Shown here piece after piece: positions 50,501 through 62,560 of a stretch of DNA of 64,000 bases. The notes beneath the pieces were generated by a model. It saw only the letters and a list, made by a program, of their open reading frames with translations. It did not search any database and was not told the origin of the DNA. Position 1 is the stretch's first letter. Each line of letters begins with the position of its first letter. This DNA comes from Cenococcum geophilum (Eukaryota), in NCBI GenBank assembly GCA_050273025.1, contig CP158635.1, positions 9,548,001 to 9,612,000 on the forward strand, given 5' to 3'. The translations under genes were made by a program, and so were the position numbers.

Positions 50501-52511
50501 ATTAAATAGAGATTTAAGATTTGTAGTAGTATTCTAAGAGGTATTCTTAGCGGAATAAGGAGTTTAAGCAGTAACTTCTACCGTATATTATCCGCAGATA
50601 GACGGTTAAATGGAAATATTAAATTAGACGCTAGAATAATATCTAAGGCATTATATTAATTATATACAGAATAATTGGGTATTACTATTACTAGTTATAT
50701 AGTTTATATATAATATAATACCTTAAAAAGAAATGGGTATATTACTATTTAAGGCGAACTACGGATACGAGCTAAGAATATCATTATCACTATATTAGGT
50801 AAAGAAAATAAGTAGTATAGCTAAGTAAAGAATAGAAATACTAATAAATCTTTATATATACCTTATAGAAACAGCTAAGGTAGTATAGTAAAGAATAAAA
50901 AAGTATTATAATACTAAGAGATCTAAGGGACCAGATCTTAAGGAGGGAGATAAAGTATGGCTACTATATAAAAATTTTAAAAGTTAACAACTAAGCAAGA
51001 AGTTAAACTACGTTAGGCTAAGACCTTTTAAAATTATATAAAGGATTTCACCGGTTATATTTAAGTTAAACCTATTAGCTAAAATAAAGATCTACCCTAT
51101 ATAGTATATCGCCATGCTAGAACTAGTATATAGGAATATTAAGTTACTAGTTTATAAGGTAGACACGTATAAAGGATAAAAAAAAGATAAATAGTAAGTT
51201 TTAAAGATCGTTAACTATAAGGATATTAACGATAAAATATAGTATAAGGTAAAGTGGATAGGCTATAATAAGACTACCTAGAAACTACTAGAAAATTAAA
51301 AAAAAAATGCTATAGGAAAGGTATAGGAGTATTAAAAGGAAAAAGGTTAGGCAATATTAATAAAGAAGGATTACTAAAGAATAAACCACCTAAGGGGGAC
51401 TTAAGAGGAGCACCTGCCGAGGTACTTAAAGATATTTCCTTCTCTATTAGAAGAGAATCCGTTTTTTTATTACTAAGTTCCTATAAACCTTATTCTATAA
51501 GTTTCTACTTCTTAAAACACACCTTTTTATAAACCTTCTTAAGACGGATTAACTAAGTAGACGCAGTAAGCTAAGAATTAAGAGCGCGTTGCTAAGTATT
51601 AGTAGCCTCCTTTTTAGTGTTACGGGAATAATAAAGTTTAGTAAGAGTAATTAAGAGCTTATCGTCGAGCTTTATAGCAGCAAATTAAACCTAAAACCCT
51701 ATAATAAATTACTTAGGAAACTTAAAGATTATTAAAAGTAATAGAACGTGTATACTTAGTGTTAGAAATAGAGCGAATATTATAGGACAATTAAATATTT
51801 GCTTTAGTGCACTCTAAATAGGAAGAGGGTTGCTAAGATAAAGGGCTTGCTAGCGTAATATAAACTAACCCCTTTTTTGCATAACGAGAATACGGAGATA
51901 GTATTATCTTACCTAAAGATAATATCGCAGTAATGGTATGAGACCGACGAGCTATAGAAGAAGAAGAAGGAGCCTTAGGTATAATAAGTAAAGATATTAA
52001 CTAAATTAATTAGACGGATATTATACCTCTAGTAAACAACCTAGAGATACTAGGTATCTTTAAGGACGAAGATAAAAAGGAGGGAGATAGTATTATAGAC
52101 GCTTTAAGTACAATATTATAACTACTAGGAGAGGAGTTAGAAGAAGCTAATTAGTTAATATAAGCACGGTCTAGAATAGAACTAGTAGAGCTATATAATA
52201 AGGAATAGTAGCTAAGGTTATATAATGTAATCTATATAATCTATATAATTTATAAGGTCCGCAATAAAGTAGATAGAGTAAATAGAGTAGACGGAGTAAG
52301 GACTTCTATAGGAGTACAGTTGTATATTTAAGGACCCTTAGTCCCTACCTAGATAGTTCCTTTCTTTATAGTAATTCTTAGAATACAATTAGAGTTAATC
52401 TATTAGGCAACTACTCCACTAGTTATTATTACGTTGTTAACTTCCTGCTTTACCTATATACCTAGCCTAATAACGAATCCACCGTAGTTGCTGCTATAAG
52501 GTTCCGTTACA
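44522..52511 (+). mobile_element. Complete Gypsy element with 421-bp LTRs, copy 2 (7990 bp)
   Basis: LTRs at 44522-44942 and 52091-52511, TSD CTTTG. It has gag, a long extension, PR (LVDSG ~48087), RT (YLND = YLDD ~49050), RH, INT and a chromodomain. Confidence 0.95.
51310..51982 (-). pseudogene. Antisense accessory gene of Gypsy copy 2: Zn(II)2Cys6-like domain + coiled coil, putative 55-nt intron at 51699-51753 (RIP-inactivated)
   Basis: The minus frame reads (I=M)PKAPSSSSIARRSHTITAILSLGKIILSPYSRYAKKGLVYITLASPLS*QPSSYLECTKANI*LSYNIRS, with the motif at 51782-51892. Exon 2 is collinear with copy 1 plus a 7-codon insertion. Confidence 0.7.
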
Positions 52512-53540
52512 CTTTGCGCTAGTATAGCTTCTAGCTTTATAGAGGCTTAGGAATATCTTTTACTAGTTAAATATAGCCCTCTTTATATTTAAATTACTAC
52601 TATCTTTCTGTCTTCTTTAAAATCTTCTATATAATGCATTGGTATAGTAAAGCCTTTAGTAAAGGATCTGTATAAGGCTCTATAGAGCTTAATTTAACAT
52701 TAATTATCTTATTAGTAAAGGCCTTAGTAGAGGCTCTGCCATTATTTACGGCCTTATTAAAGGCAGTAGTAAAGTCCTTTTTCTTTACTTACTTCCTTTT
52801 TAAATCATTAATTATATTCCAACTAATATTTATATCCTTTTAGTGTTTTTCCTCCTACTACTACCCCTATTACTGCTTATACTGCTACTTTTACTATTAT
52901 TTAATTTAAAGCTTTATAAGGCTAATTTTAAATATTGCCTTTTTTATATTTCTACCTATTATATTTAGTTAATTTAAATTAATTACAGCTAAGAAGAAGA
53001 AGGAGGTTTAATAAGTAATAAAGGTTTAAGTAAAAGCTTAAAAGAGGAAGCTGTTAATTAAATAGGCGGCTAAAAGGGTTTTTATTTTTTATAATAATAA
53101 GGGCAAAGCTTTAAATCTTAATTGTTATATAAAAATTCTAAATTAATTAAATTATAAGGTAGATAAGGACCTATTTATATAAACTTTAAAGGTTTTAATC
53201 ATTTAATAATAATAATACCTATTTAGCTTCTTAAGTGTCTTCCAATTTTATATACAATTAATAATATTTTTATAATAATTATTTCCTCCTTTATAATAAA
53301 TAGCCTCTTAAATATAATATAGAATTTGCTTAATTTAAGCCTAAATTTATCATTATTTAAGCTTTTCTTATCCCTTAACCTACTGATAAGAATCAGCCAA
53401 TTAAATCAATACAATTGACTATATATTTTTACGGACTTTATAAAACAAATGGCACAGCTATTTATAAGAGTTAAAGAACTTAATTTAAGGATTAATAGAA
53501 TGGGCTTTATTAAAAAACGTGACAAATAATAGGCTAGTTA

Positions 53541-54655
53541 CGTTACTAAAACTTAGTATATAAGATCTGTAGGATCTGCAAAGACTGTTATATACCTAAT
53601 ATATTGATAGACCTTATATATTAAAGGGGATTTATAAGAGGAATTTATATATTTATGGACACAGTCTCTACTGTAGATAGTTTTACTCTTTGTAGTAAAA
53701 TTTAAAATATAATTGAAGTTAATCTGTTAAGCACTAACTCTACTAGTTAAGTGTATTTTATTGTCTCTTTATTTATATATCTAACACTTAATAATAAACC
53801 CCACTGTAGTATTTCCTATAAGGGTTTATTATATATTTATTATTAAAGTTATATTTAAATATATAATAAAATGCTATCTAAAACAATACTTGTAATAATA
53901 ATATAAGCTTTAAGTTTAAAAGGAGTAATAAATATTAATATGGCTAATAGCAGTAATTTGTAGGTAATTATTATAGTATAATTAAAGTCAATTATAGTAT
54001 AATTAAAGTCAATTATAGAATAAATTAAAATAAATTAATTAGTAATGGTTAATAGGATTAATGAGATTAGAAGTATAAAGGTTAAGTTACTTTTAATTAA
54101 AAGGGTTATGTAAGGCTATTGCCTAGAGTAGACGGTAGGGAGTAGGTAAGCCGAGTATAAGTTATAGGAGAGTTGATAGAAGAGGACGATATAGTAAAGA
54201 GTATAGGTATAGCCTTGTATAGAGACAAACTAATAAGGAGGATAGGAGGGCTGTAAGCCCAAGGAGCTTATAAGAAGGTGTTAAGGCCTAGCTAAAGGCT
54301 AGCCTGGGCAACCCCTAAGAGCTCCTAGGTGTGTATTTAAGTAAGGGATAAAATATCCCTTATAGGTTAACAGTACTAAATTAAAATTAAGATTTTTATT
54401 TTATTTTAAATAAAGTTTAAATTTATATAAAAAGGGGCTAAATTAGTAATAGTAGTAAATTAAGTAATATATATAGGATTTTTTTTAACTAAATAAACAA
54501 TAAAGTAATTTAAATTATATTTTATTAAAGTACTAAAGAAAAATATAATAATAAGCAATTAGGAGGTTAAATATATATTCTTAATATAAAAAAGGGTTAT
54601 AAATTAATTTATATAAATATATAGGGACGTAAAAGTAATTATAATAACAGAGTAT
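53541..54655 (+). mobile_element. Older relative of the 421-bp-LTR Gypsy family: 5' LTR (~53541-53833) and gag start, interrupted by a solo LTR and cut by a LINE
   Basis: It shares gttaatctgtta.gca..actctactagtta and the LTR 3' end with 17147-17267. gag KVKLLLIK continues after 54369 as a highly degraded homolog of 17530-17810. Confidence 0.75.
54109..54364. mobile_element. Solo LTR (256 bp)
   Basis: Termini are TGTAAGG...CCTTATA (RIPed CCTTACA), with TSD GGTTA at 54104-08 and 54365-69. A second partial copy lies at 4880-5062. Confidence 0.85.
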
Positions 54656-55671
54656 ACTATTATTATTATTGGTTCTATTTATTGCCCTACGCGGTCCCTT
54701 TTTTAGGTCTATATAGGCTACTGCCTATCTATATAGGAAAATCCCTATAAGGGGGAAAAACCTAAGTGTTTCCTTATAGCTAGTCTTACGCGTTCCGCCT
54801 TTGCCTAGCTAGTGTATCCTTATATCTTTTGTCTGCCTTATATACTATACTTTTTAAGTATATTAGAAGATTTAAGGGGAGTAGTAAGAGGGTCTAGCGA
54901 TTCGCTAGTGTGCCGTCTATAGCTTAGTAGGGGGTAATTAGTCCTTAAGGGGCTGGAATAGGGCATATCCCGTGGTGTCCTTCTATTAGATCTCGTGTGC
55001 TATTTAGAACTACTAGAGGATACCTTATCCTATAAGCCATTTTGCTACTATTTATAAGCCCCTACTTATAGAGAGTATTTAGGTAATATTATTTGTGCTA
55101 GTACTAGTAAGTAGCTGGTCTATTACTAAGTGGTGGCTGCAGAATAGTAGTGTATGGCGTACTGTCTAAATAGGCCATCTATATGTGCATTAAGGTGTAG
55201 TATTTGGAATATAGATGCTTATAAGCTATACGTTTAGACTTAGGACCTCCGTCTGTAGTAGGAAGGCGGCTGTAAATTCTGCCTTCGTTAGTTCTTTATA
55301 TAGGAGGAGAGTTAGTATTAACTATGGGGTGTTCTATATGGCTGCTTCTTGTGTTTTTATTACCTCTTTCTATTATTACTTCTATTTAAGATCTGCCTAT
55401 CTTATAATTAGTGTAATAGATCTCTATCTATACTAGCAGCCTCCTATCCTCTATTGCCGTTATAATACTCTACTAGTATAGCGTTGGGTCTCTGTCTAGT
55501 GGGCTAGTAGTTTCTATATTTCTTTTTCCCTCTCTACTATTTATAGGTAGAGGGCTTTCTGGCTAATATACTTAGGCGTGTCTCCCCTTTAAGGGGCCCT
55601 TACTCCTTATATATATCTTATTCCTTATATACATTTTAACGTCTAGCGTATTTTTTCTTCCACTGGGTGGC

Positions 55672-58600
55672 TGTCACGGAACCCTACCGCAGGGGCCTCC
55701 ATAGGAGAGCCCCGTGCTCTCGCGTACACCTCGCGTATAGCTTATGTCAGCTACGCGTAGGTATATCACCTCCTTACGCCCTTGACCCTTACGATCGATC
55801 GCGCAACGTCTTGTAGACTCCTTGAATATATACGTCTTGTAGCCACTGCCCCGTCCCGTAACATTACGTTGCGCCTTTTTACCACTGATACCTAGCCTAT
55901 AACTAATTCTACATCTCTATAATACTATAGGCGCTGCTAGAAGCAGCGTGCCTATAAGTTACCTTACTTTATACTTCTAAGGAACCCATAATAGTAAGAC
56001 GATATTCCTTACTAGCTATTATATTAAACCCAAAGAACAATCTAATACCTATACTTAACCTACAACGCCAATTAATCCCAGAAGAATTTAATTTATTAGC
56101 CCTAGCCTTAACCCTTAAGGAGATAGATACCAATAATGTCTTATTTTTTATTAACTATATAACTACGGATAAGCAAGCGGAAGGGCTACTACCTATTAAA
56201 ATTAAAATACAAGACGCCGAGACGTTTATAAAAATAGTAGCATAAGAACCTAATAAATACTACCGCCTTCTACAGAACTACTACCTAAAGCTTATATAAG
56301 CCGAGATGCGTACTACCTAAGATCGCGATATTATCTAAGACCTATAAGCTTATAAGGCGCTCGCCAACAATACGCGTTAAGAAACCAAAGATAACCTCTG
56401 TGTGTCTAAACGCGACGTCTAATAGTTAAAGAAGGCTAAGATTGTACTTATTGCTACGGTTACTAAAAGAGAAGGCATAATTAAATACCTATAATCTCAG
56501 CTTAACAAGCACATTTATAATAACACTAGACACCTCTCTACTGCATATAACGCCACTTAAGTCTTTACGCCCCTGGCAACTTTACCTACTTAACGCTTAA
56601 TGGAGAGTTAGCGCTAAGCAGCCTTACCTAATAGAAACCCCTACTAAAGCGATGATAAAAGCTATAACGACCGAACCTAAGCTGCCACCGTAGGGTCTAA
56701 TATATGTTACCCTAATCCCCTAGTTTTCTAGGGAGACCGCAAAGAATATAGCTACTAGAAAATACAAATCTACGAGAAACTAACTTAGAGCGCCTGCCTT
56801 TTTCCTACGGAAGATACTAAGATTAGCTATATTATCGGGTAAATAAAGGGTATACTATTTAATAGACTCTTCGCCTAATAGGAGACTAATAGCCCCCGGA
56901 AGTAGCAGTCCTACTAAGAAGTCCTTAATAATCTTAACCTAATATACCGCGACTATAACCTACTAGCCACCAACCAAGCTAAACTACGTGCCCTAAAGAT
57001 AAGCCCTACTAAATTATTTAACGAGTTTTATATTAAATTCCAGGAATATACCGGAGCCCTTACCTAAGACGATACTAAAGACTAGGAAGATCTCCTTAAA
57101 AAAGTCACTTATCGCCTTAGTTACGCAGCCGCTAGCTATAACTATAATAATATTTATAATATAGTAGCAGCCATATAGAAGATTAAACGACGACTAAATT
57201 AGATCGCTACTATAAACCCCCGCCTAAAGATCTCCCTATAGAAGCCCTCCGGACCTACTAAACTACTAACGCCTACTACCCTAAGCAACACTACTAGTCC
57301 TAATATTAACCTTTCTATACTAACCTTCCCGTAAAAGCTACTAGATAGAGAACGTGAGCTACTCTAAAAGCTAAAGCGTTGCTATAGATGTTATTAAGAA
57401 GGCTGTTATAGCTATAGCCTAAACTGCCTAATAGCTAGGTTTAGTAGCCGCCGCCTAATACTTAACCTAGTACCTTAAATACTAAATACGTCGCTATGTG
57501 CCACTACCGTATAAGACAAAGACGTAGTAATAGTGGTAGAGTCGGATACGGAAACGGAAAACGCCAAGTCCTAGCCCTAAGTTGTAGGTTAGGACGCCCT
57601 AATAATAAGGGGATCTATATATCGGCCTGCTTAATAGATAACTTAGTAAAGATAAATGGACGGAAATAGATAGTTTTACCCATAATAGGAACTACTGCTA
57701 AAAAATAATATAAAAGCCGTTTTATGATTAATTGCGAAGCTACTAATAAATTTATAGATACCTAATTTGTGCGCACTTATAACCTACCTACCTTACCCCT
57801 TACTAAAGCCCGCGCCCTATAACTCGCTAACAGTAGTTATACCGCATAGAAGATTACCTATATAGTACAACTCTATCTAGATATAAATAGGCACCAGGAA
57901 GAACTCTGGGCCTATATTATACTACTTGCTAACTACCCTATTATCCTTAGAATAAACTAGCTTAAATAACACAACCTTACTATTAACTAGAAAAAGAGAG
58001 AAGTAACCTTTAACTCTAAATACTGTAGAGAGACCTGCCTAGGATATAGCCTAGCCGCCTTTATCTACTCCCTAGGATACTAACCTAAGGAACCCCTTAT
58101 TACCCTACCTACGACCAACTACTACTACGTAAGTGCCGCGGCCTTTTACCGTATAGCACGTAGGAAAGGCTAAACCGTTACCGCAGCCTTTTAATTACGA
58201 CTATATAAGCTTAATAAAGAACAGGACCACGTCCTTTATAGTAATAGAATAGATATAGTTAACCTTTTAGAAAACGATGCCCCCGCAAAACTCTACGGAC
58301 TTTTACCTTTAGACTTTAAGAAGTTTATAAAGCTTAAAAAAGGACTTACCAACAAGGAACTCCGCAAGCTCCTCCCTAAAAGGTACTATAACTTTATTAA
58401 CGTGTACTTATAAAAGAGCGTAGATATACTCCCCCTATATTAACCTAATAATTATACCATTAATATTAAATAAGGAAAAACGCCACCCTATAAGAGACCC
58501 TACCCAATATTAAAAGACAAACTTTTAGTTGTTAAAAAGTATATTAACAAACACCTTAATAAAGGGTTTATTCGCCCTAGCATATCCCTAGCAGCCGCCC

Positions 58601-61600
58601 CTATCCTCCTTACTAAGAAGCTAGGAGGAGGTATTTAATTCTGCGTTAACTATAGAGGACTTAACGCTATCACGATTAAGAACTAATACCCCATACCGCT
58701 TATACGTGAGACTCTTAAGCGGCTTAGCTAAGCCAAAATCTATACTAAGCTCAATATCATCGCCGCCTTTAACCGCCTCTGAATACGAGAAGGTGATAAA
58801 TAGAAAACTGCATTCGTATTACGCTTTGGCCAATTTAAATATACTATTATACCCTTTAGTGTATATAACGGCCCAAGTAGCTTCTAAAGCTATATTAATA
58901 ACGCCTTATAGGACTACCTTAACGACTTCTGCTCTGCGTACCTGGACGATATACTTATTTATAGCAATAACCCTTTTAAGCATACTAAGCACGTTTAAAA
59001 GGTCCTATAGCGCCTTAGGGACGTAGGACTTTATATTAATTTAAAGAAGTGCGAATTCTTAGTTATAGAAGTAAAATACCTTAGACTAATCGTTACTACT
59101 AAGGGTGTCCGTATGGACCCTAAGAAGGTACGCATAATTACCGAATGGCAAACCCCTAACTGTATTAAAGACGTATAAGCTTTCCTCAGTTTTACCAACT
59201 TCTATTAAAAATTTATATATAACTTCTTAGGTGTTATAGCACTACTTATAGCAATAATGCAAACGAAGGGTCTTTCTGTAAAAGGAAGAAAAATATATTT
59301 ACATTTTATCTGGACGCTTAAATGCAAGAAGGCGTTCTAAGACCTTAAAGATGCTTTTACTAAAGCACCTATCCTAGCTCACTTTATACTAGGATAATAA
59401 CTCTATCTTAAAACTAACTCCTTAGACCACGTTAACGCAGGCGTCCTCTCCTAAATAGGTGACGACGGTCTCCTCTACCTAGTCGCATTCTATTTATTTA
59501 AGCTTATACTATAAGAATATAACTACAAGATCTATAATAAGGAACTTCTCGCAATTATATAAGCGTTTAAGGAATTCTAACTAGAACTCTCTTTAGCAGA
59601 ACCTAACTAGCTAACTAAAGTCCTTATAGATTATCGCAACCTTAAGTACTTTATAACTATAAAACAGCTAAACTAACGCTAAGCACGCTGGAACGAGTTC
59701 CTCTCTGGTTTTAACTTCAAAATTATATACAGGCCAGAAGTATAAGGTACTAAGCCTAATAGCCTAACACGCCGCTTACAAGACCTTCCTTAGTCTAAAG
59801 ATAACCCCTATAACCAGTTCCAACAATAAACAATCCTAAAAGTACGGAATTTAGCCTTAGGTATACTACCTATAATAGAGCTAACTGTACCTTAGCTCCA
59901 CACTATAGAACTAGAATTACCTCCCGAAATTAACGAGCTTATTACTACGGCATATAATACCTCTATTAACCTATTACTGTATTAACTTATTGCCGCAAAG
60001 ACCGCCGGCGCCCGTACGCTGCTAACTAAACTCTAAAGCTTAGGCCAGATTAATATAGCAGCCTTAGAAGTAAAAGAGAACAGGCTCTATTATAGAGGCC
60101 GTCTATTTATCCCCAACTTAGAAAATCTACAATAGCAACTAATCTAAATGGCCTACGACCTCCGATTAAGCGGCTACCTAGGTAGAGGAAAAACCTATAA
60201 GCTTCTTAGCCAATACTACTTCTAGCCTAAAATAATAGACTTAGTTGAACACTTTATAGGCGCCTGCTACAGTTATAAGCGCGCTAAGGCCTTTAATATA
60301 AAGTACTAAGGACTACTACACCCTCTACCAGTACCTATACGACGATGGGCAGATATCGCTATAGATTTCGTTATTAACCTACCACCCTATAAGCGACATG
60401 GCCGTACCTATAAGAACATCCTTATAATAATATACCGACTTATAAAAGAGCGCCACTACGTCCCAACTGAAGGCGTAGCCATTAGCGACGTTACTAACGC
60501 CTTCCTTCGCGAAATTTACCGATTATATGGGTTACCTAACTTAATTACGTCTAACCGAGGCATATAGTTCGGCTCTGATGTATAGAGACAAATCTGCTAA
60601 CGCCTTAGCATCTCTATTAAGATATCTATATCCTTTTACTATAAAACTGCTAGGTAACCAGAAAACGCTAATGCTAGCATAAAAGCGTACCTACGACAGG
60701 TAGTCGCCTATAGTTAAGATAACTAGGTAAATTACCTCCTACTAGGTAAATTCGCAGCGAATAACTACGTCTTAACTACTATAGGACTTACCCTATTCTT
60801 CGCGAACAAGGGATATTACCCCCAATCCGGCATAGAACTACCAGAACCTATTAATAAGAAACTGCCATATAGAAAACGCCTTAAGATACTACTTGCCGAC
60901 CAGTATACAAACCGTATAAAAAATCTACTCGACTACTATAAGGGAGAAATGGCCTGGGCTTAAGTAAAGTAGGTTTACTTTACCGACCGTTATAGAACGC
61001 CACTACCGGAGATGCGTATTAGCGACTAGGTATAGCTAGATATACACAATATCTCTACGCAGAGGCCTATAAAGTTACTTAATTATAAAAACCTTAGCCC
61101 CTACCTAATTAAACGAGTTATTAATAGGGGAGCCGCATATAAGCTAGAGCTCCCACCTGCCCTAGCTACCCGCGGGATATGGCCTATATTTTACCTATAG
61201 CTACTATACCTTTACTAGCCTAACCTCTTACCAGGGCAGATATAGCCCGAACCCCTATTAGTACTAATCTAAGATAAGAACAAAGATAAGAACTATAAGG
61301 AGTGGACCGTTAAACAAATTATTAACTTTAAATACTTTGGCAAAGGCAGAGGACGATGGCTCTACTACAGAGCTATATATATAGGATTCGACATAGATTA
61401 GCCAGAATAGCAACTATAGGAAGACTTTGAAAATGCAAAGGATCTAATTAGCGACTTTCACCACGCGAACCTATAGAAACTGGGCCTAAGTAGAGATTTT
61501 ATACCTAATCCTCTATAGGAGCCCTTATAGAGTTAAACCGTTGTATATTACCACGTAGGGGTAAATTACCGTTAGATTGCCGTTAGATTGCGGTAAAGTA

Positions 61601-62015
61601 TAATCACGTAACCGGAATATTATTAAGATGTCCAGGAACTTCGACCGGCGGTCAAAGTTATCTAATTAGTTGGATTCTTAGATGCTAAGCCTTATTACAT
61701 AACGTTGTTTTAAGCCTTTAGCAATACCCCCCTTTCTTCTTTTCTATACCCTAAGTGTCCCTTCTATATATATATAGTAACCACAGCGTCGCCGGAGCTC
61801 CGCCTCTATAGGAGGGGGGGTAGTGTTACGGAACCCTACCGCAGGGGCCTCTATAGGAGAGCCCCGTGCTCTTGCGTACACCTCGCGTACAGCTTATGTC
61901 AGCTACGCGTAGGTATATCACCTCCTTACGCCCTCGACCCTTACGATCGATCGCGCAACGTCTTGTAGACTCCTTGAATACATACGTCTTGTAGCCACTA
62001 CCCCGTCCCGTGACA
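55672..62015 (+). mobile_element. Complete Gypsy chromovirus (6344 bp)
   Basis: LTRs of 192 bp at 55672-55863 and 61824-62015, TSD GTGGC. RT AYLDD at about 58936-58950, then integrase, chromodomain at about 61300-61470, and PPT ggagggggggtag. Confidence 0.95.
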
Positions 62016-62300
62016 GTGGCCTTATACTATAACTGCTCTTTATATAGTAGTAGTGTTAATATAAACGTCTAGTAGTAGGACTGCCGCTTCGCGTTTAAGT
62101 ACGGCGCGTAGTATTCTCTTATAGGCCCCTATAGTTCTATATAGGCACTAGTTTTATAACTTAGTTAGTGGCGCTAGGGAGTTTTTTACTAGCACCTTAC
62201 CGCCTAGTCCTAGGCCTTAGATCTAGGAGCTGTATAGCATTATTAGCCTTATAACTACTATATATAGTAGGCGTATAAGTCTAAAAGAGGGTCCCTATAT

Positions 62301-62560
62301 TGTAACGTTTCCTATCCTAACGTCGCTATACGGCTAAAAAGACACGGAGTGCTTGCGAACTTGTTATAAGCGCGGCGGGATCTAATATATATACTCTTAT
62401 AATTGCCCTCCCCCCTATAGCTTGGCGTTTAAGGACAAACGTATAGTAGGGAGGGCAATTATAAGAGTATATATATTAGATCCCGCCGCGCTTGCGATAA
62501 GTTCGCAAGCACTCCATGTCTTTTTGGCCGTATAGCGACGTTAGGGCGGGAAATGTTACA
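62301..62560. mobile_element. 260-bp palindromic (foldback) insertion with TG...CA ends and 5-bp TSD
   Basis: Arms at about 62301-62419 and 62442-62560 are near-perfect reverse complements. TATAT lies at 62296-62300 and 62561-62565. Removing it restores the LINE frame IATLI(W)GPSF. Confidence 0.9.

Noticed and set aside
58706..59026. 106-aa + ORF
   Set aside because: It is an off-frame overlap of the Gypsy RT core.
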